Virus record (IMG/VR): IMGVR_UViG_3300006105_000094
Span: 1-26,854 of that record
Direction: 5' to 3' (one strand)
DNA from: a virus
Lineage: Duplodnaviria; Caudoviricetes
Length of the DNA: 26,854 nucleotides
Made by a program: the position numbers and the translations under genes. This document shows, piece after piece, positions 15,192-23,260 of this stretch (positions are counted from its first letter, which is position 1; each line of letters starts with the position of its first letter). The notes under the pieces are model-generated. The model did not search any database, was not told the origin of the DNA, and saw only the letters and a list, made by a program, of their open reading frames with translations.

Positions 15192-16456
15192 TATATTCCG
15201 TATTTGTTCTTTTTAGGTTTAGCCACAGGGCTAACTGTATTACCATCTTTTAATTCGTTACTTTCGCCGTCAGTAAGATGAGTAATAGCACCAGCACCTA
15301 ATGTCTTTGCCGCATCTTTTACTTTTTGTAAATCTGCGTCTGTATAAGCAGTGATTAAAGGATCTCCGCTCATTGCGCCAGCACGTGGCATATTAGGATT
15401 AGCCATAGCCATACCAAAACGATACTGCATGTAAGGACTACCGTTGGCTTTGTTCATACTGATATTAGGGATACTCATAGCATTTTTTAATGCTTGAATA
15501 TGAACATCGTGCCATTTTTCCTCGCCTTTACCTGCGTATGGAACATCTTCTGCTAATTGTTTACGTGCGAATTCTCTTGCTCTCATTTCTCTTATTACCT
15601 TATTAGCATATTTAACCGAATCTTCATATGCGTGTCTTGTATGAACAGCTTGAATATTCTTGTCATCGCCAGGTTCTTTGTGCTTGGGTTGTTCTTTGGC
15701 TTTTTCTTTTTCAAAATACTTACGCATTTCTTCTGCTGTAGCCGCTTTCTTTTTAACATCCTTCTTGGTCTTAGATAGCAAATCCATCATGCCTTCGGCT
15801 GTTTTCTTTTCTTTCTTTCCAAAGCTAGGATCATTCATACGATTCATTGCTTTAACCATTAGCTCGCGTACTTCTTCGTCACTAAGTTCAGGGCTCATAG
15901 CATCGCGCCATGTTTGAAATTTTTCATCGTCTGACACATTAGGATCTTTAAGTACAGCTCGCATTGGAGTAGCACGTGGTCCTTCTTCCCCTGCGCTTGG
16001 GTCATTAGTTTGTTGACGACTAATAACATCTAAACCATCTGTGAAATTAAAAGGAATATTACCTGCTTTATCTGGATTACCATTGTAATTTTTTACATAA
16101 CCTAGAGCTTTAACCTGATCAGCACCTACTACAACTGTACATTTTGTATATCCGTGTTCGTTTAATTTTTGTAATACACGAGTTAAGTCTGGCATTTCTT
16201 CTGTAGCAGTATGGAATATATGTCCATGCTTAGGAAACACCTTTTGATAAATTGCTAATTTTTCGTCTGGCGTAATAGGATCATCTTTACCAACAGTACG
16301 ACTAACAACAAAATACGGATCTGCTCCTTCTTCTTTAGCTTGAGTAATAACACTACTGGCTAGGAACATATGACCTTTGTGACCCATACCACGGCCCCAA
16401 CCTACTACACAGGCTTTGCCTTCTCCGGTACGATTTAAAAATTCACGTAAAAACAT
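15191..16456 (-). CDS. HxGH (cytidylyltransferase-like) nucleotidyltransferase with C-terminal fused domain
   Basis: VVGWGRGMGHKGH (HxGH), DPITPDEK, VVVGAD, and RATPMR (variant of the SxTxxR motif). Confidence 0.75.
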   Translation of the reverse strand: MFLREFLNRTGEGKACVVGWGRGMGHKGHMFLASSVITQAKEEGADPYFVVSRTVGKDDPITPDEKLAIYQKVFPKHGHIFHTATEEMPDLTRVLQKLNEHGYTKCTVVVGADQVKALGYVKNYNGNPDKAGNIPFNFTDGLDVISRQQTNDPSAGEEGPRATPMRAVLKDPNVSDDEKFQTWRDAMSPELSDEEVRELMVKAMNRMNDPSFGKKEKKTAEGMMDLLSKTKKDVKKKAATAEEMRKYFEKEKAKEQPKHKEPGDDKNIQAVHTRHAYEDSVKYANKVIREMRAREFARKQLAEDVPYAGKGEEKWHDVHIQALKNAMSIPNISMNKANGSPYMQYRFGMAMANPNMPRAGAMSGDPLITAYTDADLQKVKDAAKTLGAGAITHLTDGESNELKDGNTVSPVAKPKKNKYGI

Positions 16457-18312
16457 TAGTCTTTCCTTGGAGCCCAGTTAGCCTGGTCAATAGTTTTAAC
16501 AAACTGTCCTGGTAAGTCGTTTTGGAATCCTGTTCCAGGATGCGCTTGTACATAACCTTCCGGTTTAGTTTGCCTAATACCGCCGTGTGTACCTTTGCTC
16601 AAATTACCAATTAGTTTCATTTTTTCATTGCTAATCATTTCGACAGCAGTTAATACAGCGTTAAGCCCGGGATGTGCCAATATTTTTTGTGCTTGTCCTG
16701 CGCTAATATTTGCATGTACCCATTCGGCAAACTTTGCCTTAACTCCGGCAACACGTAAATTCTGATTAAAGAATTTGTATAATATATCACCAGGTTTACT
16801 TAATCCAGGTTGTCCGCCTACAAAGCTATCAATATTAGCCGCGTGTTGTTGTATATAAGCGGCTACTTTCTTTAAGCCTGCTTCGTCTGATCCAGGTGCT
16901 TCTTGAACATAGGTTGTACCTTGTACAATAACCTCTGGTGTTGATAAATTTTCAGCATTAGGATAACGACCTTCGTTACCACCTATACGATCATAGTAGC
17001 CAGTTGCCGCTACCATTAATTTAGCTTGACTAATACGTTGACCTAATTCGCTATTAGCTGGTATATGAAATTTAGTAATATTTGGTTTAAATTCATACTC
17101 GCCACTTGCCTTGTTTAGTTTAGGAGGTTGCGATGGACTGAATAATATTCCGCCTTCGATATAACCGCTTTCAGGACTAATACTTTCAAAGTATGGCCAT
17201 AGTTGTCCGAGACTGTGAGCAAATGCTGTACGATGTTTATCGTGTTTAGTAGCATCGCCTGTTCCTAACACAAATTTAGTAACATCCTCTGGACTATTCA
17301 TCATTGTGCTTGCGCCACCTTTAGTAGCTGGTACACCGCGTTTTAAATAATCCCAAGCATTTTTTGGAATCATATGAAACGTGCCTTGTTCGTCTCTGCC
17401 CCAATAGATTACAGGACTACCATCCCATTTGATTTCTATACCGCCTTGATCCGATGTTCCCATATGACGCAACCGTTCGACTGCGTGTAACCCGCCATTA
17501 CTACCATTAGTAAACACAAGGTCTTCTATATGTTGGTACTTACGGCCTGTAGTAGGTTTAGCATTTTCATTCATAGCTTGCGGAGGAACCGCTTGCCAGC
17601 TTGAACCACTACTTGCTTTTTGAAATATTTCATCACGGCGTGTTGGATCTGGAATTGCGGCTAGTATACTTTCTACACTACCTAAATCTGATCCTTTAGC
17701 GTGATTGCCTAGTAAGTGTTTAGCAATAACATCTAAATCATCGCTGATGAAATGTGACTTCTTACCCATCTCATCTCTAGCATATAATCCTTCATCTGGT
17801 GACCATAACATACCTTGACTACTGGCCAAAGCATTTAACATCATTTGTTTGTGTACACCTTTGTATGGACTTCCTTGCGGGATTACATGGTGATGGAATT
17901 TACGAACTTTCTCGGCATTAGCAACTGTCTTAATGTCTACTTGGTAAAATTTACCTTTGTATGGCAACAATATATGTACAGTAACACCTGTCTTTTTAGT
18001 TGCTAGTCCTTGATGTTGTAGATATTTTTCTAATTCAACACGAGTAGTTTTGCCATCAGTTGTGCCTAACTGTTGCATTAAATGTGTAACATCAACCATT
18101 ACATCTAAGTCACCGCTGATCTTACCAGGAGTAGGTGTAGCGGCACTACCGATTACGTGAGCACTAGTTTTAAGATTTTTAAGATAACGGTTAGTTTCGT
18201 TTACTAGATGTTGTGCGATAGCTTGGTCGAATCCTTCTGATTCCGGCCAAATATTACCGCCCTCTAATAATAATGGGCGTTGCGGTTTAGCAAACAGCTC
18301 GCGTAAAAACAT
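16456..18312 (-). CDS. Two-domain protein: Pol-beta-like nucleotidyltransferase plus ligase/capping-enzyme-like nucleotidyltransferase
   Basis: N-half: VIGS...SGDLDVMVD...YQVDI (GS, DxD, third Asp). C-half: IEIKWDGSP (motif I KxDG), IEGGILF (III), PEGYV (IV), FVK (V). Confidence 0.7.
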   Translation of the reverse strand: MFLRELFAKPQRPLLLEGGNIWPESEGFDQAIAQHLVNETNRYLKNLKTSAHVIGSAATPTPGKISGDLDVMVDVTHLMQQLGTTDGKTTRVELEKYLQHQGLATKKTGVTVHILLPYKGKFYQVDIKTVANAEKVRKFHHHVIPQGSPYKGVHKQMMLNALASSQGMLWSPDEGLYARDEMGKKSHFISDDLDVIAKHLLGNHAKGSDLGSVESILAAIPDPTRRDEIFQKASSGSSWQAVPPQAMNENAKPTTGRKYQHIEDLVFTNGSNGGLHAVERLRHMGTSDQGGIEIKWDGSPVIYWGRDEQGTFHMIPKNAWDYLKRGVPATKGGASTMMNSPEDVTKFVLGTGDATKHDKHRTAFAHSLGQLWPYFESISPESGYIEGGILFSPSQPPKLNKASGEYEFKPNITKFHIPANSELGQRISQAKLMVAATGYYDRIGGNEGRYPNAENLSTPEVIVQGTTYVQEAPGSDEAGLKKVAAYIQQHAANIDSFVGGQPGLSKPGDILYKFFNQNLRVAGVKAKFAEWVHANISAGQAQKILAHPGLNAVLTAVEMISNEKMKLIGNLSKGTHGGIRQTKPEGYVQAHPGTGFQNDLPGQFVKTIDQANWAPRKD

Positions 18313-18314
18313 TA

Positions 18315-18686
18315 TTATTCCTTATACTTTCCGTCATTTATATGTTGAATAACATCTTCGTGAATTTTTTCACAAATTTGTTTACACATTTCTTCGTCTA
18401 AACTATCTGGAAGTTCGCGTATAGGGAATTTTTTAACGTATAGTTTGTAGCTGTTTTCTACAGCAGGTTTGAAAATGTTAATACTTGGATCACGTTTACT
18501 TTCAAGTTTATCCATACAATTGGCAATTGCTGGATATGTATGACGGCGGTAAACATCGTCGTCCTGATTCATAAAATGAATAAGATCTTCTGCTAAATCA
18601 AAGTTTATTTCGCGGCCTTCACCGTTTTTCTGTACAAAATCGTCTTCTTTGAAATGTTTGTTTTCTAATAGTTCATTTATTCGCAT
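18315..18686 (-). CDS. Hypothetical protein (MRINEL N-terminus), first gene of the late block
   Basis: Intact 123-aa ORF downstream of a TAAATA motif. Confidence 0.75.
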   Translation of the reverse strand: MRINELLENKHFKEDDFVQKNGEGREINFDLAEDLIHFMNQDDDVYRRHTYPAIANCMDKLESKRDPSINIFKPAVENSYKLYVKKFPIRELPDSLDEEMCKQICEKIHEDVIQHINDGKYKE

Positions 18687-18732
18687 TTTTAAGCCCGTAA
18701 CGTGATATCAGCAGATGACTCTGCGGTTAGAG

Positions 18733-18739
18733 TATTTAT
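18733..18739 (-). promoter_or_regulatory. Putative late promoter (ATAAATA) heading the internal-protein block
   Basis: GATAAATACT on the minus strand in a 68-nt intergenic gap. Confidence 0.6.
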
Positions 18740-18754
18740 CGCTTTTGTTGGGCT

Positions 18755-19378
18755 TTAGTTTTTAACAATCCGCTCCACTTTTGCGATGCTTCCGCCTAAA
18801 TGCATCTTTGCTAATAGTAAATTGTTATCGCCCGTAATATAGAAGTGTGTGCCGCCCCAACTACGCGGTCTTCCTAATTCTCTAATACAGCTCTTGGTTA
18901 GTTTACATTTTTTACTAGTTTCTGCCCATTCAACAAACGAAAGGTTAGGCTGTGTAGTTTTACCTAGCGTAACACGATATTCATAGTCCATTTTAGGCAT
19001 AACAATAGTTCCAGTAGCTAAAGTAGCATTTGGATCGGGTTTACTAACATATTTTACCCGGTTGTTATCTAAATTAACTAGTTTGTTTACTAAGGTTTCA
19101 TCATTAGTGTAGATACTAATCCATGGAGATTCGACCCTAAGGTCGAAATCTGACATGTTGTTTAATTCTGTTGCTAAACGAATAGCGTAATCTAAATCAT
19201 CTTGACTTTTGATATGAGCATGATATCTCATCTTGTCCTTTTCAACAGGCAATTGATTTAATTCAGATAATGTTGACAGTAAATCTGTTCTACGAAATAA
19301 ACTCGATCCGGCACATACCAGTACAATTTTGTACTGATATGTGTTACGAAATAAGCGTCTTGTAGTTTTAAATTCCAT
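18755..19378 (-). CDS. Conserved hypothetical protein, coupled to clpA
   Basis: 207-aa ORF overlapping the clpA 3' end. Confidence 0.75.
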   Translation of the reverse strand: MEFKTTRRLFRNTYQYKIVLVCAGSSLFRRTDLLSTLSELNQLPVEKDKMRYHAHIKSQDDLDYAIRLATELNNMSDFDLRVESPWISIYTNDETLVNKLVNLDNNRVKYVSKPDPNATLATGTIVMPKMDYEYRVTLGKTTQPNLSFVEWAETSKKCKLTKSCIRELGRPRSWGGTHFYITGDNNLLLAKMHLGGSIAKVERIVKN

Positions 19379-21656
19379 CGATCGGGCTATTTACTAAATC
19401 TTCTGTACTGTCAACTGTTAACAAAGGAACTTTAACTTCTTTTGGAACAGCGACAATTACTAATTTATCGTTTTCGGAATCAACTGTGATACTAGCAGTA
19501 CCGCCGTTCTTTAACGCACCAAACAACATCATTTTAGCAAGATCACGTTTGATTTCTTTGTCAATAACACGTTGTAGCGGACGAGCACCCATCTTATTAT
19601 CAAAGCCTTTGTTGAGCAACCACTCAATACCGTCTTTGTTAATCTTAATTTTAATACTCTTCTCTTTAACTTGATCCTTGAGTTCATCGATAAACTTGGT
19701 AACAATTTTAACCATAGTTTCTTTGGCTAGCTTGTTAAATGTAACAATACCATCTAAACGATTACGGAACTCTGGAGTTAAGAATTTCTTCAAATCTGTA
19801 TCACTATAGTCTTTTTCCTGTGATCCAAATCCAATGTTATTCTTTTCAGCTGTTTGAGCGCCGGCATTAGTAGTAAGAATAAGGATTAAGTTACGGCAAT
19901 CAGCTTGCTTCCCGTTTGACCCAGTAATAAAACCGTTATCCATAACTTGTAACAATACAGTCATAACGTCTGGATGTGCCTTTTCAATTTCATCTAACAA
20001 CAATACAGCATTAGGTGACTCTTGAATGCTAGTAATTAACTGTCCTGCGTTTTCCTCAAAGCCAACATATCCAGGAGGGCTACCAATTAACTTACTAATA
20101 CTATGTTTCTCTTGATACTCACTCATATCAAAACGTAGCAATTTAACACTCAAGTGTTTAGCAAGTGCTTTAGCAGTTTCAGTTTTACCTGTTCCTGTTG
20201 GACCCATGAATACAAATGATCCGATAGGTTTGTTTTCTGATTTAAGACCTGCTTGGGCAACAATAATCTTATCCACAACTTCTGTAAGTGCCAAATCTTG
20301 GCCGTATACTTGTGTTTGTAAGTTTTCTTGTAGTGTAGCAAGATTGTTAGATTCAGTTTCCATGATCTTTTCTTCAGGCATCTGAATCATTTTAGCAAGT
20401 TCAAATTGAATTTCACGTTCGCCAATTACACGGGTATCAGAGATTTTCAAATTAAAACGTGAACAAGCAACGTCAATCAAGTCAATAGCCTTGTCTGGTA
20501 GTTTCTTGTCTGTTTGATACTTAACACTCAACTTGATAGCCGAGTCGATAGCATCATCACGGATTTTAACATTGTGGAAACCTTCATAGTACTTCTTAAT
20601 ACCTTTAAGAATCTGCTTAGTAACTTCAATAGTTGGTTCGTCAACAGTAATGCGTTGGAAACGGCGCATTAACGCACGGTCCTTTTCAAAGTGCTTACGA
20701 TATTCTTCCCAGGTAGTACTTGCCACAACTTTAATGTTGCCTTTGCTTAGAGCCGGTTTCATCATGTTAGCAAGATCGTTAGCAGAGTTGCTAGCAGATC
20801 CTGCGCCAGAGATCATATGTGCCTCATCGATGAACAGCACAGTCTTACCTTTCTTAGCCAATCCTTTTAGAACCATCTTAAAGCGTTCTTCAAAATCTCC
20901 ACGATATTTACTACCAGCTAACATAGCTGAAATATCTAAACTATAAACTTTGTATTCTTTTAGGAAATCTGGGACTGCGCCCTGTACTATGTTGTATGCT
21001 AAACCTTCGGCTATAGCCGTCTTGCCTACACCAGGATCGCCTACTAAGATTACATTGTTTTTGCTACGACGGCCTAATGCCAGAGCAATGTTTTCTAATT
21101 CGTCGATACGTCCAATAACTGGATCAATCTTCTTCTTAGTAACTTCGTCATTTAAATTACTAGTAAATGCCTTGAGCGCACGATCTCCTTGAGAATCTTG
21201 TGGGCCTTCTTCTTCACCTTCTTCCACAGCATTGGATATGTAGTCGTTAAACTTGTCTTTATCAATACCTGATTTTTGTATATAATAAACAGCCCAACTA
21301 CGCTTTTCACCAATCATAGCCATAAAGATATCAGTCGGTTCAATCTTTTGACGTCCATTGAATAGTACCTGTGTGAACGCACGATTAAGTACACGTTCAA
21401 CAGCTTGTGTTTTTTTAGGTTTAACTACTACATCTGGTACAGTAATTTCACCACATTTATTTTGTAGATAGTCTAACAAATCCTTCTTCAACTGGGAAGA
21501 AGATTGATTAAATCCTTCTATTAATCCACTAAATGAATCTTCATTCATCATGGCAAACAATAAATGCTCTATTGTTAGGTATTCATGATGCATTTTTTTA
21601 GCAGTATCAATTGCCTTTTCAAATACTGCTTGTAAGTGGTCACTCGGTTCAACCAT
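19368..21656 (-). CDS. clpA: ClpA-type Hsp100 AAA+ ATPase
   Basis: Clp N-domain (HEYLTIEHLL). Walker A motifs GDPGVGKT and GPTGTGKT. Walker B motifs FIDEAH and LLDEIEKAH. Pore loops KYRG and GYVG, IGF ClpP-docking loop, GARPL. No ClpB middle domain. Confidence 0.95.
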   Translation of the reverse strand: MVEPSDHLQAVFEKAIDTAKKMHHEYLTIEHLLFAMMNEDSFSGLIEGFNQSSSQLKKDLLDYLQNKCGEITVPDVVVKPKKTQAVERVLNRAFTQVLFNGRQKIEPTDIFMAMIGEKRSWAVYYIQKSGIDKDKFNDYISNAVEEGEEEGPQDSQGDRALKAFTSNLNDEVTKKKIDPVIGRIDELENIALALGRRSKNNVILVGDPGVGKTAIAEGLAYNIVQGAVPDFLKEYKVYSLDISAMLAGSKYRGDFEERFKMVLKGLAKKGKTVLFIDEAHMISGAGSASNSANDLANMMKPALSKGNIKVVASTTWEEYRKHFEKDRALMRRFQRITVDEPTIEVTKQILKGIKKYYEGFHNVKIRDDAIDSAIKLSVKYQTDKKLPDKAIDLIDVACSRFNLKISDTRVIGEREIQFELAKMIQMPEEKIMETESNNLATLQENLQTQVYGQDLALTEVVDKIIVAQAGLKSENKPIGSFVFMGPTGTGKTETAKALAKHLSVKLLRFDMSEYQEKHSISKLIGSPPGYVGFEENAGQLITSIQESPNAVLLLDEIEKAHPDVMTVLLQVMDNGFITGSNGKQADCRNLILILTTNAGAQTAEKNNIGFGSQEKDYSDTDLKKFLTPEFRNRLDGIVTFNKLAKETMVKIVTKFIDELKDQVKEKSIKIKINKDGIEWLLNKGFDNKMGARPLQRVIDKEIKRDLAKMMLFGALKNGGTASITVDSENDKLVIVAVPKEVKVPLLTVDSTEDLVNSPIDGI

Positions 21657-22144
21657 TATTTCTTCCTCTTCTTTTGTGATTTCTTAATTGCTAATGCTAA
21701 CTTTAGCGGACTTAAACTATCTGTAAAACATACTCCGTCTAAATGATCTAACTCATGTTGGAAACATCTAGCGTCGATGCCTTCAAGTTCTATTATACGC
21801 TTTTCTCCGGTATTGTCAAGATACATGGCAGTAATTTTTTGATAACGTGGAACATCTAACCAAAGGTCTGGAAAACTTAAACAACCTTCCTCGCCTTTGA
21901 CTTCGTCTTCACCGGTTAGTATTGTAGGATTAAATGCGCCAAATTCTCTTCCATCTGTTGTACGCATTACAAATAATTGTCGTGCTAGACCTATTTGATT
22001 AGCGGCAAGCCCAATGCCGTTGTTAGCCTTCATGAACTCAATCATTTCACGTTCAATTGATTCGGCATCGGTGTGATTTGTAAAATCCCACGGTACTGCT
22101 TTTTGTTTTAATATTGGATTAGGATGTTTGATTAATTGCATCAT
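21656..22144 (-). CDS. def: Peptide deformylase
   Basis: GIGLAANQIG, EGCLS and QHELDHLDG motifs. Confidence 0.97.
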   Translation of the reverse strand: MMQLIKHPNPILKQKAVPWDFTNHTDAESIEREMIEFMKANNGIGLAANQIGLARQLFVMRTTDGREFGAFNPTILTGEDEVKGEEGCLSFPDLWLDVPRYQKITAMYLDNTGEKRIIELEGIDARCFQHELDHLDGVCFTDSLSPLKLALAIKKSQKKRKK

Positions 22145-22979
22145 TGAGTCTTCTAAGTTCTGCTACTAGTAATGGATTGGTAACAGCTGGTGTTTTAATA
22201 TTAACCACAGTTACGAACCTTCCTTTAATACCATTATTTACATTTGGAAATCCATTTCCATTACTAGCATATTCAACACCGGACTCGACACCAGCACGTA
22301 TTTCTAAATCAATGCTATCACCCGAAATAGTTTTTATAGTTTTTCTAGTACCAATCATTGCTTCGATAGGTGTAATATCTATAGTAGTATATAAATCATC
22401 TCCTTGTCGATTAAACTTAGCATCAGGGTGAACTATAATTGTTACATTAAGGTTACCTCGTGGAGCATTGGGAACACTATCGTCTCCTAGTCCGCTATAA
22501 CGGATAGTATCTCCGTTTTGTATACCGGCTGGTACATTGATAACAACATTTTGATTACGTCCGCTAGGCAATCTATAATTAGCTTCAAGTTGTTTACCAG
22601 TATAACTGTCGTAAAAACTAACTTGACACTGAATGTTTAAATCCTTATTGCGGCGTATCTGATGTGGATGTCCGCCTCTCATATTGCCGAATATATCCGC
22701 AAACGGATGTCCTTGACCAAACATCTGACCAAATGGGTCAAACCCGCCGCCAGTATTAAAATGGAATTGTGGTCCAGCACCGTACATACGCTGTTGATCG
22801 TACTCGGCTTTCTTTTGTGGGTCGCTTAGATTTTCATAAGCAACACTAATGTCTTTGAATTTAGCTTGATCACCACCCTTATCTGGATGATGTTTATTAG
22901 CCAAACTTCTATATGCTTTCTTTATTTCGTCCGGGCTAGCATTTTCGCTAACACCCAGTGTTTGGTAATAATCAGTCAT
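22119..22979 (-). CDS. dnaJ: DnaJ/CbpA-like class B J-domain co-chaperone
   Basis: DYYQTLGV...HPDKGG J-domain, G/F-rich linker, C-terminal substrate-binding domains, no Zn finger. Confidence 0.93.
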   Translation of the reverse strand: MTDYYQTLGVSENASPDEIKKAYRSLANKHHPDKGGDQAKFKDISVAYENLSDPQKKAEYDQQRMYGAGPQFHFNTGGGFDPFGQMFGQGHPFADIFGNMRGGHPHQIRRNKDLNIQCQVSFYDSYTGKQLEANYRLPSGRNQNVVINVPAGIQNGDTIRYSGLGDDSVPNAPRGNLNVTIIVHPDAKFNRQGDDLYTTIDITPIEAMIGTRKTIKTISGDSIDLEIRAGVESGVEYASNGNGFPNVNNGIKGRFVTVVNIKTPAVTNPLLVAELRRLNDAINQTS

Positions 22980-22985
22980 AGTCGT

Positions 22986-23032
22986 AAAAAAGCTCCAAAT
23001 AATAATAGTAATTATACTATCTTACTTGGAGC
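22986..23032 (-). terminator. Intrinsic terminator-like hairpin ending the lysis operon
   Basis: Minus strand GCTCCAA...TTGGAGC outer stem with an ATAGTA/TACTAT inner stem, followed by T6. Confidence 0.65.
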
Positions 23033-23039
23033 CTGTCAA
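23011..23039 (-). promoter_or_regulatory. Perfect sigma70 promoter TTGACA-N17-TATAAT for dnaJ-def-clpA
   Basis: Plus strand ATTATA at 23011-23016 and TGTCAA at 23034-23039. Confidence 0.85.
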
Positions 23040-23052
23040 GTTTTTGAGTTGT

Positions 23053-23250
23053 TTACTTTTTCTTTTTAGGAACAACTGTATCTGGTTTAGTACCTGCTAT
23101 TTCAGTACCTTCAGCTTTTTTATGATGCTTGACTTCTTTTTTAGCTGGTTTGCTTGCTGTAGGAGGCGCTTTCTTTACTTCAGCGTGTGCTACTTCAAAA
23201 CAAACTAAACTCCAAACTACAATGTTTAATGCGATTAAAAACTTTTTCAT
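23053..23250 (-). CDS. Small secreted Lys-rich protein
   Basis: MKK + hydrophobic core + AHA signal-peptidase site; 42-aa mature peptide with 13 Lys; AAGGA SD. Confidence 0.7.
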   Translation of the reverse strand: MKKFLIALNIVVWSLVCFEVAHAEVKKAPPTASKPAKKEVKHHKKAEGTEIAGTKPDTVVPKKKK

Positions 23251-23260
23251 AATGATATCC

